Below, one piece after another: positions 10,801 to 22,834 of a stretch of 44,343 nt of DNA. The stretch lies in the NCBI GenBank assembly GCA_000708835.1, contig DF237634.1, forward strand, positions 1-44,343. The letters run 5' to 3'. Origin of the DNA: Klebsormidium nitens (Eukaryota; Plantae; Klebsormidiophyceae). Numbering within the stretch: the stretch's first letter is position 1; every line of letters starts with the position of its first letter. The position numbers and the translations under genes are program-made. The notes below the pieces were generated by a model that was not told the origin of the DNA, ran no database searches, and saw nothing but the letters and a program-made list of their open reading frames with translations.

Positions 10801-13800
10801 GTAGCGTAGTTCCGAAGTCCACCCCTTCCTTCTTGTCCTCAGAGTTTTGCGAGACTTGTTGCGGAAGCTTTGGCGACTTGCTTAGAATTGTGTTCTCGGA
10901 AAGGAGGCGTCGGCAGGAATGACAGGGGTGCGGAGGCGACAAAAGCTGGCACAATTTGGCGGTCAAATGCCTGCGCTCTGGGACCTGGTTACAGTCCTGC
11001 TTTTTCCTTTCTGATGCTGCGATGCGCCTCTCTTTGTAGACGCAAATGTTCTTCGGTTGTTGAAAGTTTCAGGGCTGTGAGTGCCCGCTCAACGGCCATG
11101 ACGACGAGTTAGGCGATTGGCGCCGAAGCCCAAAGGTTGGGCTGCCAGAGAAGGCCAACGCCCTGCCATCTCTTCCACGTCTCCTCTAGTCCGTACCTGC
11201 GTTGTGCTTGCTCCATTATTCCAGGTTGGCATCATTCAGTCCCTGACTACTTGTGCGGGCTCGACGGTTGTGGATTATTCATGGGTATCTAAGCGGTTGT
11301 CTTTCAGACGAGCTGATTGCTTTGAGATTCTCTTGTGTGTTTGGTCCAACCAGGTTCTCTAAATGCTTTCAAAAGCGCTCTTCTTCCTTTCTTCATGATG
11401 CAATGGTAGTCCCTTTACCGGAACGAAATTTGATGGCAAGGACGAGTCGTTCTACTTGGGCCATGCGCTCAGGGCGTTCATGATACTCCTGACGCTGAAG
11501 AGTGCTCGCATATGTTCCGTGAGCACCGATTTCGTATTTGTCGTCCCGGAGCACTCTTGAGCAATATTCTACGCGTGTAGAAGGAAGCTTTAACGCGAAA
11601 GCGACCGGCCTTGGTTGAAGGGGGTCTGCCCCCTTCAACGCGTCGCTTTCAGTTTAACCCAAGCGCTTTGCATCAGCATCTCATCGATCAAGCACTGCTT
11701 CTTACCTCTGGGCTTGCATTTTAGCAACACAGGCACAGTCTCTACAGTACTGTCGTGGGACTAAGTCCCACGGCCCGGCTGTCAATCAGGTTTTTGAGGT
11801 CGCCTGCTGATTCCACCTCCAGTCGCACCTCCAGTCGCACCTGTGAAGTCGGCTACAACACCTGGCTCGTCCTTTTATAAAGAGACCAGTCCCTAACGTT
11901 GGTTCGATAGGCGTATGGGCGGTGCTGTTTATAGTCGAGAGAACGACTCTCGTAAATATTTATCCCATTGTTCAGATTTCTAAAAGTGGCTGGGACGAGA
12001 TTGCTTGCTGGGCCACGTGCTCACTTTGGTTACCATCTTCTGATGCTATGCTCACGTCTTGGTTGACCAGGTCCGCAAGATACTGAGACCAAAAGTGCAC
12101 ACGTGTGGAGCTTTCTAATCTGCCACCTGTCATCAGAGTGTTTCCCCACACATCTTGTGTCGGCGCTCGCTCCTTGGCTGCATCTTGCGGGAAAAGCCTC
12201 AGAGCCCCCACGCAACTGGTCTGTTTCTTTCGCTTCCGCCGTAACTTTCGCAAAGCTCGTGAAGTGTCCTTTTATGATGGAGAAGTTTGTTGGCTTTTCT
12301 CAGATGTTATGTGGGCAAGGATGAACGGGAGAAGGGTAATTTTGTACCACACATCTTATTCCATTTCTCTGATGCTCTTTGAAAAATCCGACTGTAGTGA
12401 CTAAATCCCTAGCTAAATCAGTGAAGAATTTAATACAATAAAAAGGATAGTCGTTTTGTCCTCTCCTTCTGAGACATGGTGCGTTACGTCGGAAAAGCTG
12501 GATCATTACAGAGCAAACACTGAGCCGACGAGTCCCTTGAAACTGGTTTCAGTTTTCCCCTGCCGTTTGGAATGCTTTGGTTCCTTAAGCAAAGGGGGCA
12601 TCGTTAGAACACCGACTTTCAGACCGGATGATTTGCTGCTGGAAATCGCAACAGGTGGGCAAGGCAGACAGCGATTTCAGTACTTGGCAACGACAAACTT
12701 TTAAGCATTCCAAAGAAGGCCTGGAGGAAGCTCTATATCTGCGGCTGTCCGATATAGTGGGTTTGCAAGCAGGCTGCAAAACCCCGCGCTTAGCCCCACC
12801 TCGAGAAACACTTACAGCGCCTCCGTGCCTGTACTCTAAAGCCTGAGCTTCGCAAACCTCGAAACGGTAGGCTTGCGGGTTGTGCCCCGAGGATCTCGTG
12901 GCCGCGGAAAATTCGAAGGCAAGGACAATTGGACACATTCTGGGTGACGTGCCCAGCTCACTTGGGTTGGACGCCTTGGAAACATCAATTATCTGTGTAG
13001 ACCGCATCAAGTCTTGAGTAATCATGCGGCTCTGCATAGGTATTGCAAATCACGATGGATACCGACGGCAGGGATGAAATCTGGTGTTTGGATACGTGCT
13101 GAACGCTGTCGCTGTGACAGACGCCGTTGAGAAAGCTGGTATGGGTCACTCCGTCGTGCAGAGCGTGTAGTTAAGAGCCCTCCGCTGCGGAGAACTAGTA
13201 CGACTCCGGAGGTTGGGTTGACCTGGGGTGTACTGCCCTGAACTTATTGTATGTTTGCAGGAGGTTAACCAGGCACTTAAACGTGTGCCTGCTGATGCCG
13301 TTGTGAACGTCCGAGATCATTCATATACATGCAGTGGTTTTTGAACCGCGTATTGCTCATGGCCTTCTCTGCTCGTCCGTGTGCGTTTCCGACCCCTTTC
13401 TTCGGGTATCCGCTCGCTTTTTATCATAAACTGGCGTAGTAACAAATGCAGAGCGCGGCCTTGAGCCGAAGTGGCAGCTTTCTCTGCACTGCTTTGCAAC
13501 TTGTTCCGTATCAACCTCTTGAAGTCGGCGCTGCACTCGCTATTAGTGCATGTTTTGCAATTTATTTTCCTGTGTTCAGACCGTCCTTGTAGCAGCTCGG
13601 ACTCCTTCGGTTACCCCACCTTTGTTGGTACCGCAACTCAACAAGGTCAAACAGCTCAATTTTGTGGCTGTGTCCTGTATGGGTCCCTTACTTAGGGGCC
13701 CAGCCTAGCCTGCTCACGCATCGGTTTCCCAACAGATTCACTGCGAACTTTTTTACGGCTGAAGTCGCGGTCCATCGCTCTCTGACTCCGGAACATACTT

Positions 13801-16800
13801 GGCCAGGCAATTCTGGGTTTGACGCCGTGTCTGGCTTTTACATCTATCTGGCCAGCACAAGGAGGCAATTCTGTGTCAGTAGAGCTTTCCAGACGTGCAT
13901 TCGCAAGGTGCTCCATGTCGTTCTGGGCTTGCTTGTGATCTCGGCGAGGACGAGGAAAGTTGGGCCGCTTTTAGAAGGGCCCAAACAATCCCTGCACCAA
14001 GCGCTTTTCAGACGCCGTTATTGTATTCGGTGCTTCAGTCTGACGAACCGCTTGGGCTACCGAGAATATGCTGACGTCACGTGCTGGCCCCCAGCCCTTT
14101 GTAATGGCCGTTTGTACGTGACTCGCCCGCTGCGGCTCTCAGGCAGAAGCAGCGTCTACCAACGACATGCCGTCCGTTGATCACTTCGTTTGCAAGTTTG
14201 AAGTAATACAAGGATTTGTGTAATAGGGAAGCGGGCACGGGCTACACGCTCACCGCAGCACGTGGTCTAGTATTCTTAAGTAAGCTTGAGTTGATGTCCT
14301 CTGTTTCCCCTGCCTGAATACGCTTTTCGTATGCAGAAACGCAGTTTGTTGTTCCCTCGAACTGCTTTTCCTTGGTTGCATTGGCTGTTTGATTGGTCGT
14401 ACTTTACCGCAGTCATTTGGCAACGACAGGTTGTGAGTTTTTCATGGGCTAGCGTGAAACTGAGCTTGTGTTTCTTCTGCTTGAGGCCAAGGATGGCTTG
14501 ACAAACCTGGGCGACGCGCCCAAATTGTGTACGCTTGGCGACAAAATTCTCTTGGTAAATCTGTCAACCTTTGACTCCCGTTCCCTGCTGTCTGCTTTGG
14601 TGAGAACTGATTGTGACTTGGGTTGCAACGTCGTCGGACAAGTGTGTGAGTTCCACTTTGGATGGCCGCCTAACTGTTCTCAGCGCTAGTTCCACGAGTT
14701 TTCGGCAGGTCAAGAAGGCTCTATAAGAAGCTAGCCGTGACGGAGTGTCGTTCTCCTGACTGCTCTGGCAATCTGAGTCGACCTTCGCTGCTTTTCTTCT
14801 GCTTTTTTGGCAGTCGAAGCAAACCTGCCTTTATCGTCAGAACACTAAAACAGTGTGGTCCGTCGCCGCGTCAGTATCGTGGACAATCCCCGAGTCAGAC
14901 ATTGCGCTTCAAACACTGACGCCCGAATTTAGCCTGAGATTGTCTGCCTTCAGCCCGTGGAAGGGTGGCATTGCGAAGCTGTTCGACTATATGTTATGGG
15001 TGGGCGCTCAACCGGGCTCTAATTTCGCAGCCTTCATATGCAGGTGAAAGTTCCGCGGCTGAACGGCGGCCGCCTGGGAGTGCTGGCAACAAGATCGCCC
15101 CACCGGCCGTGCCCCATCGGGCTCAGCGTTGCGAAGGTGAGCTCATCCGCCTAACCGTTCCGCCATTTTTGATTGACCTGCGCTTTACGTTTGTGTCGTC
15201 AGGAGCATCATCAATTGTCATGCTACTGTACCGCCCGATAAAAGTGGAGAAGAGTTTGGGTGTTGGCTTGGCGTGCTCTCAGGGAAAGGGAGGGGGTTTG
15301 AGTAGACAAACGCAAGAGTTATTCTTGAAGCAATCACAGGTCGAAATCTGATCTGGCTTGGCTCTCGCATGTATAGGCTGGAAGGAATCACTTCCGCCAA
15401 CTCCCATGTCTTTGTTCGTTCATGAATGAATTTTTCGGTCAATCACTGAAATGTTGTTCTTTGGCATTTTTGCGGGTCTTCAAACGGGCATCAATCCTTT
15501 CGAAGGGGCCATCGTTGAAGATTCAGAGTGCAGGCCATCGGCGCCCTGTTGTAATATCTCCTCGTATTGACAGGCTTTTGCTTCAACCGGTTGCTAACGG
15601 GTGACAGATGGCCCTGTCCAGATTGACCGTGTAGACGGGCCGAAGTTGTACCTCTCCGGAGTGGACATCGTCGATGGTTCGGTGAGTCGGTAAGGCTCGC
15701 TTTACTTTCACAATGGCCCGCTTCTTGTTGCTCTATGATACACGCTTTTTGCTTTCGGAGCTCGCTGTCTTCTGCCTGGTCACGCTATTTTCGGTGACAA
15801 GGTCGTTTGTTTGATCGTTCTTTGGGTTGTTGGGTCCCAAACGCTTAAAACATCTTTCCTATATGGCGGTTGTGACTGATTCTAACGTCCTTTGGCTGAG
15901 AGCTTGTTCAATCTCGATCGTAACGCCGACGGAAACGTCAGGCCACACTTCAGAACCCATGATACCTTTCACTCCGATTGTGACCTCCGCTAGTTGGCCG
16001 ACCGGAAGCCCATTTTAAGCCGTGCCGGATCTGAAATGTGATGTCCTGCTCCGTGCGCCAAAGGAGATCTTGAGTTCTCAGCTTAGAGTCTTGGAAATTC
16101 CAGGCCTTTCCAAACCCTGTTACGCTTCTTCACTGCAGCCGGTGCTGGACGTGAAGCCGTACCTGGCGTACTGCGATGCGGTGCCCGGCACGTCCGCGCC
16201 TTTTTGGGTTGAGGTACGGACGTCCGTACGCTCCTTTTTGTTCCACGTGTCCAACGCGGCTCTCCAATCAGGAAAAAGTCATGGCCCAAGGCCAGAGATC
16301 TTCTGTGGTGATTGAAAGGCTGATTTAGGATGCGATACTATGCATCAGTTTGACAACCATCCCGTTGCAAAGCCCAACATGTCAAAAGCGAAGGAGAGGC
16401 GAATGCAACGCGAAGACCACGCGATGTCAATCAGCCTCAGGTTCTGCGTGCCAGTCACGTTGGAGGTTCTAATACTTGGTCGCGATCTGCAATCTTGCAC
16501 CCTACGAAGAGGCTGCGGAGTCGAAGGGGCGCACTTAAGTCCGTCTTGCGGCCAAAGTTTGTGGTGTAAAGTTCGGCAATATCCCTGAGCAGACCAAAGA
16601 TGCCACGAGCTCGCTTCATGGCCAGGAACTAGATCGAGAGGCGATCTTTGTTTTCCGAGCAGGCGTCCGGGGCAGCGGACCCGCTTCTCTTGGCGGACGT
16701 GAGTTTTGCTGCCGGCGTGGTGGAAGCACTGGACTCACTCTGGGAGAAAGTGGTGAGAGCTCACGTTCTGGGTCAGTCCGAACACGTTTCCGTTTTCAGC

Positions 16801-18051
16801 ATTGCTTGTTATTGAGAACGAGTAGCCAGATGACGTACCTCATTTTGTGATGTCACTTTTGTTTCGCTGCCGTTGTGGCCGAAGTACTAAATTCGCTGTG
16901 GGAAGAGATGGTGCGAGGACACATTTCTGGGTCCTTTGAAGACATTTTCCTTTCTAGCCTCTTTGTTTCTCTTCCCGGGATAGTAAGATGATTACCTGTC
17001 TGCAGGGCAAGCGTTCCCTGGACCACCGCCCAGAGGAGCTAATCGGAAGCGGAAACTAGGTTTCGTTTGTCACACCTCTTGGTAGGGCAAGGGTTCTTTG
17101 TCGTCCTTAACCAAAATCCTTATATCAAACTTTGACGTGTTCGCACCCGAACCGAGCCTAACCCCCTTACTAACCACCTCAAAGACCCTGACCCCTCTTC
17201 CAACCACCTTATTGCAGGGCAAACGTTTCCTGCACGACAGCCCAGAGGAGCTGCTTGCGCTGGTCGCCTAAAGTGCTGGCCCGAAACATCCGGGCGCAGA
17301 ATATCCGCGGATTTTAACCTGATGAAAGGGTTGACGAAACCGAACCCACCCTAACCCCAGACTAACCACCTCTTTGCAGGGCAAACGGTCCCTGTACGAC
17401 AGCCCCGAGGAGCTGCTGGCGCTGGTCGCCCAAGTGCTGTCCCGGGACATTCGGTCGGTACACCAGCGGCAGTCGCTACACGTGGCAACGCGCCCGGCTT
17501 CAGCCCCCGGGGAAACTAGAGGCGGCGACAAGGAGGTGGGGTTGGTAACATCAGACATCCGGTCGGTGGACCAGCGGCAGTCGCCGCACGTGGCAACGCG
17601 CTCGGGTTTATCGCCCGGGAAAATTATAGGCGGCGACAAGGTCGCGGGGATGGAAGTCGGGGTGTCAGGCGAGGGAGCAAAAGTACGGGAGGACAGTGGG
17701 GCCGGCGAGAGTTTTGCCGAATGGAGGGAAGACAGCGGAATCGCCGCTGCCGATTGGAGAACAGACAGTGCTGACGGGATGGGGGTAAACGATGCCGGTT
17801 GTTTGCAAATGGGGGATGGTGGGCAAAGTGAGGAAGGCGTGCGGACAGAAGAAAGCTCGACAAGTTCGGAGGTAGATAAATCTGGCATACAATCAGAAAG
17901 AGAATGTCGGCAGTGCTTAGGAATGAAACCTGAGGTTTCAGGAAGCGGACATGCAGTGACGTACCATCTTAAAGTGGAAGGAGTAGACTTTAGCTACAGA
18001 GTTGACTTAAACGGGCGTGTTCACGTCTACCGGGCAGATTTGAGCTCATAG
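7863..18051 (+). CDS. TRMO: tRNA (adenine(37)-N6)-methyltransferase TrmO/TsaA family, 490 aa, 8 exons
   Basis: join(7863..8051,8950..9047,9677..9872,15044..15136,15622..15681,16139..16213,16663..16752,17380..18051), 1473 nt, all phases consistent. Diagnostic motifs: YPFTPIG..SCFSTRNGTPRQP, LEGLAQYSHCWVLYVFH, KVPRL..GVLATRSPHRPCPIGLS, LSGVDIVDGSPVLDVKPY, SLYDSPEELLALVAQVLSRDIRS and C-terminal YHLKVEG. There is an N-terminal hydrophobic helix followed by a coiled coil. Intron 1 needs a GC donor. Confidence 0.93.
11597..11650. repeat. Nested inverted repeat / stem-loop
   Basis: gaaagcgac (11597-11605) pairs with gtcgctttc (11642-11650). gttgaaggggg (11614-11624) pairs with cccccttcaac (11629-11639) around the loop tctg. 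Confidence 0.85.
11754..11772. repeat. Perfect 9-bp-arm inverted repeat
   Basis: cgtgggact-a-agtcccacg, immediately preceded by the palindrome acagtactgt. Confidence 0.85.
11814..11842 (+). repeat. 12-bp tandem repeat (x2.4)
   Basis: cacctccagtcg cacctccagtcg cacct. Confidence 0.85.
16861..17271 (+). repeat. Degenerate tandem duplications of the TrmO exon 7 end/donor and exon 8 acceptor/start (decoy exons)
   Basis: 16861-16930 copies 16702-16775 (FAAVVAEVLNSLWEEM|gtgcga versus FAAGVVEALDSLWEKV|gtgaga). Acceptor-plus-exon-start copies lie at 17006 (GKRSLDHRPEELIGSGN*) and 17218 (GKRFLHDSPEELLALVA*), versus the intact copy at 17380 (GKRSLYDSPEELLALVAQ). ctaacc branch-like motifs are duplicated upstream of 17218 and 17380. 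Confidence 0.85.
17446..17655 (+). repeat. In-frame 108-bp (36-aa) tandem duplication in TrmO exon 8
   Basis: DIRSVHQRQSLHVATRPASAPGETRGGDKEVG (from 17446) versus DIRSVDQRQSPHVATRSGLSPGKIIGGDKVAG (from 17554). Confidence 0.9.
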
Positions 18052-18349
18052 TTGGACAGCACGTATGTCTTTTGGTTAGTCAAGGTCGCTTTCGATGAAA
18101 AGTTTTTGCGCATGGTAATTGACGCTGCCAGAAGCATTTTATGCCTTCCTTTCTTCTCACGTACTGGGCGATATTTCTAGCACCTCGAGCACATGACAGC
18201 ACGGGCAATAACAAGTGCGGGCTCCTCGGCCGTTCTCCAATGTCCAGTCTAGGTTTGGGAAACGGGTGACGGTGCTGCGTCAACGTTTGATTCAATGATT
18301 GTTGCACATTCCAAACTGAGGAGTCTGTTTACTGATCTATTATTGTAAG

Positions 18350-21300
18350 TACTTGCAGATTTTGGACCGGGCTTGTTGATCTCATTCCTTTTAATCAATC
18401 TGTTGTTTCCGAGCTGGAATACGGCGCCTCTTTAAGGCCGATCATCTTCTCGTGAGTGCCTGGAAATCGTCCGGTCTCATCACTTCTTGATACCGTACTG
18501 GTTGGCCATTGGAGTTGGAACGGCTGTAAGTTGACGGGCCACGTAATGATGGTGCGCTCCAATATAAAGGCCTTTTGCCGAACGAGCAAGCGACTTCCAC
18601 TTCTCTTAAAGGATAACAAGGCTCCTGACGCTGTCACGTGGCACTTTGCCGTGGCAACGTGCCAGCTCGGAGTCATATGAAGCGAGCACTGCTCGGGGCT
18701 CTATGCGTCTCGACGCCAGCATGGACGTGACCTCAAGGCTCTGTGAAGCTAAGGTCCAGGTTGAGGAAGGGTGGTGAGTCGAGCTTGCGGAGTGGTGTGG
18801 CTGCTTATTCTTGTATACCATCTGCCAAGTCGATTTTGAGTTTGGCCCCCAATGTATTCTTGCATGCGACCATCGTACTCCCTAGTGTGCTGAAAGTCTC
18901 GTGATCTTCATCAAGGGTGGCCGTTCAGAAATATGGCGCTGTGCCTGTCTTCGCGACTTGATGCTGAAGTCGCGATTCTGAGTCCGGGCAAACTACCAGT
19001 TTGAGGTTGCGGCGCTCTACCGTGTGCTGTCTTACAGATCGGTGCAGTTTCTTATACGCTTTCCGAATGAGACCTCGATTGTCAATCTTTTGATTGCCGG
19101 CCGCTCATGATTCAGCAAGGATTGGGTGCCCAACACGAGATTTTTATGATCTACTATAAGAGCCCATTGAGTGCCGTCAAAGCGGCAGGAACGCTCTGCG
19201 AAGCCCTCCACGTGTGCATGCGCAATTACCCGCCACTTATGCTGGTATGGCACTATAGGCCATGATGGCGTCCGACACGGCCGTAAGGCCACATTTGGTC
19301 AATGTCACTGCCTGATATGCCGGGGTTGCTGATGCTTCTTCTGATGCCTTTTCCCCATGCTCATTTTGCTCTTCTAACCTGCAAGGATCCTCTTCAAAGC
19401 CTCGAGAGTTTGCCAGAATCGATGAGTTCCTGCTGCATGTGTACGTGGAAGCTTAAGCGTTTTCTCCGATTAAGCCGATCTTGCTTCTGTAGACTGTTCG
19501 AAACGCTTCTCTTTGGGCCTTTTTCTAGTACGTAACGGATGGCGCAACAACCTGTATCGGTAGACTCCACCTCATTTTCTCCTGACTGGACACGAAAAGC
19601 GTATCAGTGTAAGCGTTGCCAGGTTTGTTGCCATGTGCTTTTGGCTACTGCATCCTACAGGTTTTCTGCCGCGCACAACGTCGCTCACAACGATTATACC
19701 TGCTTTGTTTTCAGTAACGTACCGTCAGAATGGCTAACGGATGTCTCTCGCTCGTGTTGGAGTATCGGCTTATGCGTTACGTGCGGCTGACCTTGGGACA
19801 CAATTGTGAATGTTTTAGAGGACGTACAGTCCTATGCCTAATCTGAGCTTTCTCCATTCAATCCTTGAAGCTGTGGCCTGTTTCGACTTCTGCGCGAACT
19901 TCGGCTTTCCCGCTCGGTTCAATTTTTGTGTGTCCTCGTTCTAGCAAAGCTTTGCAGTTTTTGGCTCCGCCCGCAGTTCTCCCGAAATTCCGCAAAATTT
20001 CTTCCCTGGAAACCCGTACAATTACGTTCCTGTTAGTTGTTCTGACCCAGTCAAGGGCAGTGATGGATTTTCATGCGGGGCCGCAATCTAGTCTGCTTAT
20101 CAGCCCCAATCAGATGCTAAGTCCAGCTGCCGCGAAAACTGCAACATGCAATTTTCAATTGTCGATGTCGTCTTTTGGCTCCAGCTGCGCGATTGCGCCC
20201 ATCGTGTCTCATGTCTCCTTCCAAACCTTACCGTCCCTTCTTCTCCTGTGAAGCTTGATTGATATCGACAAATCCGAGGTCTCTTGCGGCAAAGATGGTT
20301 CTGTTGTTGGGCTGCTAATGAGCTTAAAGCGTTCATGTTCTCGACGCTGACGCCACCTCCCGTCGCTAAGTACCTTCTGATCAAAGCAGTTTGGTGCATC
20401 CGCTGGTGACTTTTGGGCCGGGATAAACGCGTACAACCAGTCTCCAAGCACCACTCCCTTTCGGCTCTTTCTTGAAAGAAGCTTTCCTCTCCATTATTCC
20501 TCTTCTTTCTGTGGACCGGGCACTGAGTGGTGCTGAATTCGCATTGTATTTGAAGTCGAAAAACGGCTCTTCAATTTTGTCGATCGTAACCGGCGCTCAG
20601 AAAGCTCGTGACGACTTTTATCGTCGCACCAAGGAAGAGGCTGCTCTGACAAGATTGGAAGTGGTCTTTAAGCGTTATGGCGGGTTCGGCAGGATCCCCA
20701 TTGGTCATGAGCGCCCTTATTACTCGGTGATTCCTGCCTTTGTTGCACATCCAACACCCGTACGACATGGATGATTGGGTTCTCGGAAAAGCGGTAAGTG
20801 CTGGCAAAGATGGATGTGGATGTGGGCTGCGCCATTGCGAAGGCTCACCGCCTGGGCGACAACCCCTCCAGACGCCCCTTAGCTGTCAACGGCTTCGGAA
20901 TTTTACGTTGAGTAAGGGCTTCCTGCATAAAGAACTTTATTGCCAACAACGCCTTTATAGCGTCTTACTGAGCATTTCCTGAGGCTTTTGATTGAATTGA
21001 ACGCAAAGGCATTCGTCAAGATGTCATTTCCGGCGTCTAACAGCAGGTAGCCACGTCCCCGCCGGACTGCCAAAAGTTGCTTCGCAGCCAAGATAGAGGA
21101 ATGGCTGGGCCATGTGCCTTGAAGCCAGGTGCCGAGAAACAGTTGTCCAGCTTGAATCCGTGTCTCATCGCCGGTCATTCACGAGAAGCGTCGCCGCGCG
21201 CGCATTGAGCATCATCAGAAATGACAGTGACGCCGTTTTCAGATGACGATGCCAACAGAATGGGCATTCTATGCACAAAGCGCTCGCGCCCAAAGAGCGC

Positions 21301-22450
21301 TTACTTGGTCAAGACTTCCTCGAGGATATAGAAGACACTTTGATATCTTTCTCGACGAGTTGTGGCAGAATGTGTTGCTGCTGCCGGCGGCTTCAAGTTG
21401 CCCCGATCTTCTCCTAGACATGACTGGAGGTTTGCAAAACAAATTGTGGTACTCCTCTTCCTGTGACTGCCGAATTTTTTTGAGAAAAACCAAACCCGGA
21501 TCTTTTGGCTATGATTAAGCCGAGGCCTTGACGCCTCTGCAGACCATCCGTTTGTTAGTAACACGGACTTGGTCACTGCTCTACGGGACTTGCGTGACTT
21601 TCACCCCCGCTTGTTTCCTAGCCTAGATGCTTTGAACTTAGCCACACATAGTCAACTCGAGTGCGTCGTGACCCTTTTCACGCCGCGTCTCACGCACCGG
21701 CTACTCATAGTCAACTCTGAATTTGGAAAAAGCAGGACGGAAGCACACAAGAATTTCAACATCGTAGGTGCTTCCTTTCCTTCTTCTGGCCCGACGGATG
21801 AGGCTGTCAGTTTTAGGCGACGCAATTCGTCGGCGAGGAGATCATCTTCCTATCGGTGGTTTGTCCTCATTTATATGAGGAGATGCTTGCGCGTGCGTTG
21901 ATCGTCGTCGCCTATTTTTAGAAGCCCGTCACCTTTGAATGACAGCGCAACTAGCTAGGGACGTTGGTTTGGACTACATTCTGAAACTTGTGGGCGATGA
22001 TCGCCGGGCGCTTGGGCCCACTTCGTGAGGGTGTCTCTCACCGGTCTGACGCGTCGAAGCTTTTAGATAAGCGCGAATCTGCACCTTTTGGCTTTTGTTT
22101 GGAGTAATGGCTGTCGACAACATCAGGAATCAACTTAAGTACGTTCATACATCACTGCAGCCGTGATGACCGAGCGCCTCAGTGGGCCGACTCAAAAAGG
22201 CACAGAAATTACACCGGTCTGACGTTGTGAAGCGTTCTGTTTCTCTTAAGAACCACAAATCGTCGAAATCAGACCTTTGTCCGGGTCGATCGCTGGCACT
22301 TACGATCATGGGAACTTCGTTGTACCATTTGCTGACACAAATCCTCGACGCATTGTCTCGTGAAGTGATCGCAAAAGCGGACGGCTATAAGCTTCTCAAT
22401 TCTCGAGACAGAGCTGCGGTGTGAATGAATGTTCATTGCGGCATTACTTC
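18350..22450. pseudogene. Intergenic tract of decayed reading frames (ancient mobile or viral DNA suspected)
   Basis: Chains of 70-130-aa frames broken by stops, with no recognisable exon structure. One weak motif (LIVDHKNL, near 19150, minus strand) recalls Ty3/Gypsy RNase H TDHKNL, but RT motifs could not be found upstream. Confidence 0.2.
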
Positions 22451-22797
22451 AACCAGCGAGGAAGATATGCAGGGTCGAGGGTCGATGATAACCTCGCCGC
22501 AACCCTTGCACAGAAGTTCTGGCTGCTAATCTAGCTCGATCCAAGCTTCAGCGTCAGGTTTGGGACAGGTTAACGGACTTTAATCGTGTCCATGGCTGGC
22601 AGTGGTTACCGCCCACATCTGCAGTGGTCACTGCATATATCCACTTTTATCCAGCCCATAACCAGCCGTGTCAGAGGCCAGGAAACCCTGTTTTGACAAG
22701 CCGCTCAACCACTTACTTTTTGCGGTGCGCAGATGGTGGGCGTTAAACCTCCGGCGGTGCTCTCCGCTGCTGACTTCCGGGTTCAGGTGGATGCAGT

Positions 22798-22834
22798 CAC
22801 GTGATTGGCGGAATATGTCTAGGAGATATATAAA
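22798..22834 (+). promoter_or_regulatory. Promoter-like module: G-box CACGTG, reverse CCAAT (attgg) and TATATAAA
   Basis: cagtCACGTGattggcggaatatgtctaggagaTATATAAAg; G-box at 22798-22803, TATA at 22827-22834. No gene was identified downstream. Confidence 0.3.

Larger units (their letters stand above)
9960..14220. mobile_element. Decayed inserted DNA nested in TrmO intron 3 (intron 9873-15043, 5171 nt); family unassigned
   Basis: This intron is several times longer than the other TrmO introns (484-898 nt). It carries stop-riddled, protein-like frames on the minus strand (11638-9960) and further frames at 12100-14180, separated by a hairpin cluster at 11597-11950. No termini or TSD were found by eye. 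Confidence 0.35.

Noticed and set aside
14240-14275. Helitron-like 3' end (gtggtCTAGt)
   Set aside because: No proper GC-rich hairpin upstream of the CTAG and no matching 5' TC end.
19032-19292. Intact Gypsy RNase H
   Set aside because: Only the DHKNL-like word matches; no YxDD or TDAS motifs at the expected distance.
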